This document shows positions 10,986 through 20,940 of a stretch of DNA of 64,000 nucleotides, piece after piece. Positions within the stretch are counted from its first letter, which is position 1, and every line of letters begins with the position of its first letter. The notes below the pieces were generated by a model. The model ran no database searches, was not told where the DNA came from, and saw nothing but the letters and a program-made list of their open reading frames with translations. Both the position numbers and the translations under genes were made by a program. The DNA comes from Eutreptiella sp. 'Long Island Sound 2002' (Eukaryota; Protista; Euglenida), in assembly GCA_964036045.1 (NCBI GenBank), contig OZ038378.1, forward strand, positions 141,112,001 through 141,176,000, read 5' to 3'.

Positions 10986-13900
10986 CTAGGGTCTTGATCG
11001 TGGTGAGGCGGCAATTTGGCTACACAAGCCCTTGCTTCCCCGGGATACTACACGGGAAGGAATCACTATGCGTACATAACCCTTGCCTCCTTGGCATCCC
11101 CGATGGGAGACATCAATATGGCTACAAAAGCACTGCCTTCTTGGAATCGCCATCGTAAGGGGCTGGGAATCAATGTGGCTACAAAACACCTCCCTTCTCG
11201 GGGTTCCCATCGGGGGGGGGGGGGGCTATATGGCTGCATAAACCATCCGTTCGTGGAGAATTGGAAAGAAAGAACTTAAGATGGCTACATAACCCCAGGT
11301 CTACCGGCGTCATCATGGCGAAGAAGCACCAATATGGTGATACCAGTCGTGCCTTTTCAGGGTCCCCACCTAGGGGAAGCCGCAGTATGGCTACATAAGC
11401 TCTACGATCTCGGGGGTATTAAGGGGAAAGGAGTAATCAAGATGCCGAAATAACCAATTGATTCTCGGGGTCCGCATCGTGAAGATTTTTCCATGTGGCT
11501 ATGTAACCCTTGCCTTCTCGTGTTGCCCCTAGTGGGAAAGCGGCAATATGGCTTGATAAATCCTTCATTCTAGGGGCTCCAATCACGGGGAGGCAACAAC
11601 ACCAATATATATGCCCTCCGACCTAGGGGGTATCGAGTGGCAAGAAATCAGAATTGCTACATAAAACCTGCCTTCTGGGCGTCCCCATCATGGGGGGACA
11701 CCAGTATGGCTCCATAACCAATGCCTTTTCGCCGTCCCAATAGTGATGATGGGGAAAAGTTCATTCCGCATTGTAGACCATGCCAACGCGGGGTCCCTGT
11801 CGCGAGAAATGGCAAATGGCTACATAAGCGTTGGCTCCTCGGCGGTACTATATGGGAAGAAATCAATATGGGTACATAACCCTTGCCTTCCCGGGGTCCC
11901 CAAAGTGGTGGGTAATCCCTACGTCTACATAGCTCCGGCTTTCTCGGGATCCTTATTGTGGGGAGGCATCAATATGGCTACACCCGCTTTGCTTGCTAGG
12001 GGGGGGGTATCATGGGGAGGCAGCACCATGGGGGCATAAGAGCTGCCTTCTTGGGGGTACTTGGGGGGGGGGGATCAATATGCGTACACAACCCCTGCTT
12101 TCTTGCGGTACCCATTGTGGGGAGACAGCAACATACCTACATAGGGGTTGCCTTCTGAGATGTACGGGATAGCAAGTAATGAACATGCCTACGCCCCCCA
12201 TGCCTTCCATGCGGGTCCCAACGTTGAGCCGACGGCAATATGGCTGCAGCAACATTGCCCTCTCGAGGCCGCCAACATGTGGAGAAATATGGCCACATAA
12301 CCCCTACATTTTGGGGGTCCCCATAACGGGGAGGAAGTAATTCGGCATGGTACAATATGCCGTCTCGGGGTACCCGTCGCGAGAGGCGACAATATGGCTA
12401 CATGAGCCCCGGTTCCTCGGATGGTAGTACATGGGGAGAAATGAACATGGCAACACGACCCTTGCCTTCTCCGAGTCCCAATAGTGTGGAGTACTCCATA
12501 TGGCAGCATGGTCCCAGCTTCCTGGGGGTCCTCATCGTGGAGAGGCAGCAATATGGCTACACCCGCTTTGCCTGCTCGGGGGGAGAATCATGGGGGAAAC
12601 TCAATATGGCCACTTACCGCCTGCATCTTCGGAGTCCCATAATGAGGAGAAAGTTATTCAGCTAAATAAACCTTGCCTTCTCGGGGTACATAGGATGGAA
12701 AGAACCCATGTGGCTAAATAACCCCTATCTTCTTGAGGCCCCCGTTGTGGGGAGACAGAAGTATTGCTACATAAGCCCTGCCTTCTCGGTGGTATAGGAT
12801 GGGAAGAATCCATATGGGTATACAACCCATGCTTTCTAGGCCTCCCCGTCGGGGGGAGACACCAATGCCTAGCTAAGCCCTACCTCTCCGGGGTCCCCTT
12901 CGTTGGGAGCGGGCAATGTGGCTAAAGCCGCCACGACGAGAACTCAATACGGCAACAAAAACCCAGCCTTTTGGGTATTTCAACAATGGGGAGAACTTTA
13001 TGCGAATAATAGACCGTGCCACCTGGGAGTTCCCATAGTGGGGGGACATCCATATGGCTTAATAAACACTACCTTCTCGGCGTCCCAACAGCGGGAAGAC
13101 ATCCATATGGCCACATCACCTTCTGCCTTCTCGGGGTTATAGGATGGGGAGGAATCAATATGACTACTAACCCTTGCCTTCTCAGGGTCTGCGTAGTGGC
13201 CAGAAGTACATATGGCTACATACATCTTTCCCAGGGGCATAGGATGGGAAGAAAACGATATGGGCACATAAACTCTGCCTTCCTGTGGGTATTGGGTGGA
13301 AAGAAATCAATATGGCTCCACGACCCCCGCCGTCTTGGGGTCCCCATCGTGGGGAGAAATCTATATTGCAACATAAGCCCTGCTTTCTCGGGGTCCCCAT
13401 GCTAGGGAGGTGACAAAATGGTTACATACGCCCAGCGTTCTCGGCAGTATAGGATGGGAAGAAACCCACATTACTGCACAGCCCATGCCTTCTTGCGGTC
13501 TCCATCGGGAGAAAGGAATAGGGCCACATACCCCATGTCTTTTAATGGTCCCCATACTGGGGAGAATCCATCATTACCTTATCGTCTCGGGGTTCCCATA
13601 GTGGGGAGCCATCGATATTTGCTGAACAAATAGTGCCTTCTTGGGTACCCAATCATGGGGAGATGGCAATAGGGCACCATAATGGCTGCATTCATGGGGG
13701 TATATTGATGGGAAGAAGACACTATGGGCACATAACCTCTGCCTTGTTGGGTCCCATGGTGGGGAGAAATCAATATGGCTGCATATCATCTTCATTCTCC
13801 GGGTTCCCATAGTGGGGAGGCAGCAAAATGGGTACACAACCCTCTGCATTCTCGGTGGTGTATAATGGGAAGAACTCAATAGCGCTACATAGCCCCTACC

Positions 13901-16168
13901 TTCTCGCGATCCTCATAGTGAGAGAAAATCCATATGGCGACACACAGCCTTCTTTCTCCGGGTTATCGGAGGAAAAGAAAACAATATGGCCACCCAACCC
14001 CCGCTTTGTTTGGTCCATTATGAGGAGACATCCATATGGCTACATTCCGCCTGCCATCTCAAGATCCCCATTGTGGGAACACAGCAATTTGGCTACAAAC
14101 CCTATACCTTCTCGGGGGTATGGGATGGGAAGAAATCAAGATGTCTCAATAACCCCGCAAAATCAACATCACTAGGTAACCCCGTCCTTGCTGGGGCCCC
14201 ATTGTGAGGAGATGGGAATATGGCTCCACAACCCTCGGCTCCTCCGCAATGTTACATCAGAAGAAATATGGCTCCATAAGCCATGCTTTCTCGGTGTCGT
14301 GGGAACACGGCAGCATGGCTACCTAAGCACAGGTTTCTCGGGGGTACTAGATGGGTAAAAGTCCATATGGCTACATAACTGCCTCGGGGTCCCCATGGTG
14401 GAAAGGCGGCAATATGGCTACATAAGCCCTACCTTATCGGTGGTATAGGATGGGAAGACATCCGGATGCCTGAAAACCCCGCAAAGTCAATATCACTAGG
14501 TAACTCCGGCCTTCTCGGGGCCCCATTGTGGGGAGTTGGCAATATGCCTCCACAACCCTCGGCTCCTCGTGAATGTTACATGAGAAGAAACTTGGCTCGA
14601 CAAGCCGCTCGGTGTCGTAGGAACACGGCAACATGGGTATCTAAGCCCTAGCTCGTCGTAGGTATTAGATGGGTAAAAAGACCATATGGCTACATAACTG
14701 TTGCCTTCTCGGGGTCCCCATGACTGGGAAGGGGCAATATGGGTACATAAGCCCTACCTTCTCAGGGGTAGAGGATGGGAGAACCCACATGGCTACAGAA
14801 ACCGTTGCCCTTAAGGAGTTGCCAATAGTGGTGAGACATTCATATGGCTAAATGACCTTGCCTTCTTGGAGTTCCCATCTTGGGGAGGCTGCAATATGGT
14901 GAAATAATCGCTGAGTTCTCGCATGCAGTAGGTGGGGGAAATGTATATGGCCACGAAACCCCTGCCTTGGCGAGGTCCCCATAGTGCCTTGTTGGGGTGA
15001 ACGTTATGAGGACGACCTTTGGCTTCTCGAAGGTATGAGACAGGAAGAAATCAGTATGGCTACATAACCCCTGGCCCTTCGGGGTCCCAATAATGGGGAT
15101 GTGGCAATACTGCTACATAGCCCCTGCCTTCTCCGGGTCACCCTTGTGCCTTCTTAGGGTCCCCATAGTGTGGAAAACTTGATATGACAACATAAACCCT
15201 ACCTTCTGCGGTAGGATGGGAAGAAAACAATATGGGCACAGAACGCCACCAGTGTTGGATCTCATGGCGGGGAGACATATGGCTTCCTAACCCCTGCCTT
15301 CTTAGGGTCCCCATTGTGGGGAGACAAGAATTTGGCTACATAAGCCGTGCCTTGTGAGGGATATAGGATGCTAATATATGAATATGCCTACCTGGCAATT
15401 GCCTTTTCGGGGTCGCGTACTGGAGAGAAATACATATGGCTACATAAGTCCTGCCTTCTAGGGGGTATAGGATGGGAAGAAAGCAATATGGCCACGCAAC
15501 CCCTACCTTGTTGGGTCCCATGGTGGGGAAAGATAGATGTGGCTACATAACCCCTGCCTTCGTGGGGTCGGCATTGTGAGGAGATGGCAAGATGACTACC
15601 TCCGTGTGTTCTCGGGGGTGCAAAAAGGGAAGAAAACAAGACGGCTACACAACCCCTGCCTTGTGGTGGTCCCCATCGTGGGGAGAAAGCAATGTGGCTA
15701 TATAACCCCTCCCTTTTGGGGGGCATAGGACGGGAATGAATCATTATGGCTACACAACCACTGCGTTGTTCGGGTCACCACGTCGGCGAGGCGGTAATAT
15801 GTCTACATAAGTCCCGGCTTTCCACGGATGTAGGTTGGAAAGAAATCCATGTGGCTACACAACCCCTGCTTCTTGGGATCCCCATTCTAGGATGAAATCA
15901 TTATGGCTATATAACCCCTGCCTTCTCGGGGTCCCCGTCTTGGGGAGGCGGCAATGTGGTTACAAAAACCCACCCTTCTCCGGGGTATAGGGTCTGAAGA
16001 ATTCAATATGGCTACGCAACTCTTGCATTCGATGGGTCTTCTGCGTGGGGACATGGCATTGTAATTACACAACCCCTGCCACTTTGGGATACATGATGGG
16101 GTGAAACCAATATGGCTACATGACACTTACTTTCTGGTGGGTGGACAAATCAATGTGGCTGCACCACT
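10985..16168 (+). repeat. Complex satellite, ~53 bp monomer, left block
   Basis: Recurrent ATATGGCTACATAACCCCTGCCTTCTCGGGG followed by either TCCCCATNGTGGGGAG.. or GTATAGGATGGGAAGAAATC. Confidence 0.95.
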
Positions 16169-17280
16169 CGACTCGTCCCCCAAACAACCCGCTATCCACA
16201 TCCTCAGGATGCACGCCCAATGGTGGGTACTCCACTGGGCACAAGGGATCCTCATGGCACCCCAGGCCTACACCCCGAACATAGACCCCAAAAACCGCCA
16301 TGGAGGCCAGCACCACCTCCTTCAAGCCACTGCCGCCACGGGCGGCACCAACGCCCTGTGGGAAGTCGTGCGCACGGCAATGTAATGGGCCCAAGGATCC
16401 CCCCAAGGCCCCAACAACATTGAGCCCACAGTAGCGGGGCTCAAACAGGCGCAAGCCCTAGAGGACTACGACGCCAACCACCCCTTATAGGACAGCCCAC
16501 CCACGCTACCATGGCCCACGGACGGCCCAGAAGCCATACACTCGTCCCCCAACAAAACTCGCTATCCACATCCTTAGGAGGGACGCCGAATGGTGGGCAC
16601 TCCACTGGGCACAAAGGATCCTCATGGCAGCCCAGGCCGACACCCCGAACATGGACCCCAAATACCGCCATGGAGGCCAACAACACCTCCTTCAAGCCAC
16701 TGCCGCCACGGGCGGCACCAACGCCCTGTGGGAAGTCCTGCGCACAGCAATGTAATGGGCCCAAGGATCCCCCCAAGGCCCCAACAACATTGAGCCCACA
16801 GTAGCGGGCCTCAAACAGGCGCAAGCCCTAGAGAACTACGACGTCAACCACCCCTTGTAGGACAGCCCACCCACGCTACCATGGCCCACGGACGGCCCAG
16901 AAGCCATACACTCGTCCCCCAACAAAACCCGCTATCTACATCCTTAGCAGGGACGCCCAATGGTGGGCACTCCACTGGGCACAAGGGATCCTCATGTCAG
17001 CCCAAGCCTACACCCCAAACATAGACCCCAAATACCGCCATGGAGGCCAACAACACCTCCTTCAAGCCACTGCCGCCACGGGCGGCACCAACGCCCTGTG
17101 GGAAGTCCTGCACACGGCAATGTAATGGGCCCAAGGATCCCCCCGAGGCCCCCACAACCCTGAGCCCACAGTAGTGTGGCTCAAACACGCGCAAGCCCTG
17201 AAGAACTACGACGTCAACGACCCCTTTGAGGACAGCCCACCCACGCTACCATGGCTCACGGACGGCCGAGAAGCCATACA
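16169..17280 (+). repeat. Three tandem copies of a 370 bp unit
   Basis: Equivalent ORFs start at 16220, 16590 and 16960, an exact 370 bp period. Confidence 0.95.
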
Positions 17281-18470
17281 ACAAGTCCCCGATCTCACAC
17301 GGTGCCGCGCAAAAGCATCCATGCAGACACCGTCCGAGCGTCCGCTGCGAGACCCCGCCCAACAAAGCAATATATGCGGAAGCCGGGTCCCCATACCACG
17401 AGTGGGCGGTCCACTACATCGTCCCACACACCACCACCCGGAACAACCACGCCGCTAGGATGACTGTCACCCGCCACCTGCCTGACACCACTCGGGTACA
17501 CGAGTTGACGGCCCCGTATGTCCTCATCACCCACCGCCAACACGCAGAGAGGTACACCATAGAGGAAGAGGGGACCACCCCGACCACCCTGTGCACGTGG
17601 GTAGCACGGGGAGACCCGCCACCGCCAGCCCTCGACCACGCCCCATGCTGGGCCAGCCCTTTGAAACAGCGGACCGCCCCAATTAAAAGCCCAAACACAC
17701 CACAGTAAAGCAGACCGACATCCAAGAAGCCGCAAACGAACACGATGCACGACGAACCTTCTGCACCCCCCATGAAGACATCACTATCCGCGGCATCGGT
17801 GCCCCGCCCGCCGGGGCGTCGAAAGCCGCCCCAGCCCGTACCATCGCAGCCATCATCACGGACTGCCCGAACCCGGCGGCAATACAAGCAGACACAACGT
17901 GGATCGGTGACAGGCAAGGCCACTCATGAGCAGTAGTACGTTTCAACGACATCCAACCTCACAAGCTACAGCATGCCGTTGGACCATTCGCCATCCACAT
18001 CACCCCATACGGCATCGACCGCCCCCGATATGAACACCACGACCCCCCCTGCTCCACCACGTGCACCTCCGCGCTACGCCAACCACTCCCGGCCACGACA
18101 ACACCCGGCAACATGTACCTTGGCACACTGCAAGAGGACCCGGGCAATTACATCCCACCAAACAGATCAAAGGAGCACGCCATACCGCGACACATGGTCG
18201 AATCCCTCGCACTCGGTCTGCACCCCTCGAAGAACCACCATCACCACATCCGGGGAGACAGGTGGTCCCACACCGGTGATGGCGGCAAAAAGGCACACCA
18301 AACGGTCGTAGCCCACATCACCCTCGACCTGGAAGCCCGTGTACCCAAGGACTTTGGCACAGAGCGACACATAGCGCTAGAAGGGCAGACACGACACATC
18401 ATAATAGCCGCACTCTACGCTAGTGACGCCCCCGAACGCCACTTCCAATTCCTGAGACGAGAAAGTTGGC
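16169..18470 (+). mobile_element. A/C-rich decayed coding sequence, probably the 3' part of a retrotransposon ORF
   Basis: Protein-like text across frameshifts (TNALWEVVRTAM, LKQAQALEDYD, PRHMVESLALGLHP, VVAHITLDLEARVP) with the same strand composition as the LINE at 3636-5270. No catalytic motif was recognised. Confidence 0.4.
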
Positions 18471-18489
18471 CTAGTCCATGGCCAGACTA

Positions 18490-18830
18490 AGATGGGCACC
18501 AATGCTTCGTGGTGCAGGGCAAGAAACAAGAGACGAACGCTGGCGGCAAGGCTAAAATGACCAAACACTACCGGTGTACCATTACCTGTGCCTTCTGTGG
18601 GCGCCGCAAGCACTACGAAGATGAGTGCTATCACAAGCAGCGCCTCTCGGTTAAGCTGAAGTCTGAGGCCCACCCTGATGGGGGTCATAACAATAAGGGC
18701 AATGGCGACAAGGGCAAAGGCCAGTCCAAAGGCCGAGGCAAGTGCCAAGACCAAGGCAAAGGAGGCCGTGGTGGCCCGAACAAGATGAACGAGAAGAACC
18801 AGAAGAAAACTACGGAAAACCCCAGCCCTA
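18490..18830 (+). mobile_element. Gag-like fragment with CCHC zinc knuckle
   Basis: TITCAFCGRRKHYEDECYHKQ fits C-x2-C-x4-H-x4-C and is followed by a G/K-rich tail (KGKGQSKGRGK). Confidence 0.8.
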
Positions 18831-19569
18831 TTCATGCAATTCACGGGCAATGGTACAGTGGCCAACCACCCCAACCAACCACCGGGCACTATCATCAGAT
18901 ACTCGCTTCTTGAAAGTGTTTGTCACACTGCAGGCACCATGGACCACGTCTCCCACCCGACGGTCTCTGTGCTCTGTGCAGGTTTTGGGGGGTTTTGATT
19001 GCAAATGCTCCCCGGACTGGTGTGGGTCGGTGCCAGAGTTTCTTGGGATGGGTCTGGGTGTATTCAAGGTTGGAATTGGAGTCAATGTGGCGGTAATTTG
19101 GGGTGCATTCTGGGTCTGTCAACGGAGATTTTAGGGTGTGTTTGGAGGTATTTTTGGATGTATCGGGGCCAGGTCTAGAGGTCGTTTTCAGGTGTGTCTA
19201 CGAACCCTTTGAAGGTCGGTTTGGAGCTGCTTTGTGGTGCTGTTGTTTTGGCGCTACGGTAATTTGGATTGGGTCAAAAAGTATTGTGTGGGTGGGGTTG
19301 ATGATGGTTCGGCCGGGTAGGTTTTGGGGTGGGTGTTGGGGTAGTTCGGGGCTAGATCTACAGGTACTTTGGGGTGGATTTGGGTTGGGTTTTGGGGTAC
19401 TTCGGGTTCGGGGGGTCCGGAGGTACTTTTGGTAGGGTATGGATGTATTATTGGGTCGATTTTGGGTGTGTCCGGGGCTCCTTTGGGGCAGGGCCAGCGG
19501 TGCTTTGGGGTGGTTGTGGTCCTATTTTGGGGTGGGTGTGATGGCATTTTTGGCTGGCTTTGGTAGTAC

Positions 19570-20330
19570 CCGGCATGCATATTTTTCCCATCCCCCATGA
19601 TGACACACTTGAACCCTAGTGTTTTCCCTTCCCACACAATGTCACAATTGTGACACAAATCCTGCACCTAACCATTGAGGTCATGTGCCTTGTCCATGGC
19701 TAGCATGAAATGTGTGTCATCACCCCCCCACATGGCCCACCAAATTGGCCATAGGTTAGGGGCCCCTGCATCACTTGGTTTTTGCCAACAGTGGACAGAA
19801 ATGTCACACTGAGTTGCTGATGCTTTCCATAAAGGGGTGGCATCAGCTGACAACACCACAATGATGTCCGGGCCATGGGTCTTAAATGTTTTGGCAGCTT
19901 GCGACAAACTAATTTGGTGGTTGACAACCTCAGCAAGCTTCTTGCTCGCTGAGGCCCGAGGTGCACCTGTCTCAGACACAACAGCCCTAGTGGTACACCA
20001 ATAGGGTGTGTGTTGTTGTCGTGCTGCGTCCAAATCTTTTTTCCTACAAGCCCTTGGCAACCTATACATTTGCCTAATACTTAAACGCATTCCACGGACT
20101 AGTCTGACAACCCTTAAAGCCTGCTTCTCTTCCACTGTGGCATTACTGCCATCCTTCACACTGGCGCACCCCCCACGGAGATGTACAACTCCTTGATGTG
20201 TCATCCGAACTTGTACTTCTCCGTCTTGTAACAGTGACCTAAGAATCTGCTCAGCCATTTTCAAACGTTCCTGTTGTTGCTTCCGGGAGACTTTCTTCAG
20301 TGGCTGCATGCGTAAGCCTTCGAGGGTTGA
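19570..20330 (-). mobile_element. RAG1/Transib-like (CMC-related) DDE transposase, N-terminal and catalytic part, truncated
   Basis: QPLKKVSRKQQQERLK, LRVVRLVRGMRLSIRQMYRL, IIVVLSADATPLWK (first Asp), then one TAG at 19668-19670 and FKCVIMGDGKNM (second Asp). The sequence is cut off by segment B, so no catalytic Glu is present. Confidence 0.65.
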
Positions 20331-20940
20331 ACAGCACTTCTGGATGGCAGGCCACCACCACGATGAATGGAACACACATTCAACACAAATGCGTCTCCCA
20401 AACCAGCATCCATCTCCCGGACAACCCAACGAACAGGAAAACCCACCGATGAACCATGTATCCACTGGTTTCCATTAAGTTGATAATTCAAAGGGGAAAA
20501 AACAGCAAATGCATGATGTCCCTCGGGGATCACCTTGCGGGGAAAATCCCTATGCCAATGTTGAGCAAAACCAAGTGCACCAACATAGGCAACAATCTCA
20601 ATATCCAAGGGCAGGCCTGTTTGGGTCATAATGTCATGGTGCAAATCTGTCGTGACATTCTCAAGGTGTGGAAAGTCATGATAATCCTCACCCCATTCAT
20701 TGATGGGGATGCTATGATGCTTTCCAAAAAACTGCACCCTGTCATAGGAATCAAACTTCCTTCCAATAGAAGGAAACTTTTCGTTAAAAATTGGTGTGCC
20801 TTGGGGTTGATGATATTCTAGAGTACGTCTTGTGGTGCTTTTGTGGTGGGTCTAGTCATATTTTGGGACGGGTCTAGTGGCATTTTGGAGTTTGTCCCGC
20901 AGTATGTTGCGGTGAGGCTCACAGTATTTTGGCATAATTC
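20297..20940 (-). pseudogene. PhyH-like 2OG-Fe(II) dioxygenase, C-terminally truncated
   Basis: The frame extends upstream of the annotated ORF: IMPKYCEPHRNILRDKL..(one TAG)..PIFNEKF..DRVQ..GFAQHWHRD..AFAVFSPL...NG..GS..GDAFVLNVCSIHRGGG. This gives HxD...H iron ligands in the double-stranded beta-helix motif order. The terminal Arg strand is missing. Confidence 0.8.

Noticed and set aside
20310-20465. Cys-rich N-terminus of ORF 19668..20465 as a transposase zinc finger
   Set aside because: It is the alternative frame of the dioxygenase coding sequence, which carries the convincing motifs.
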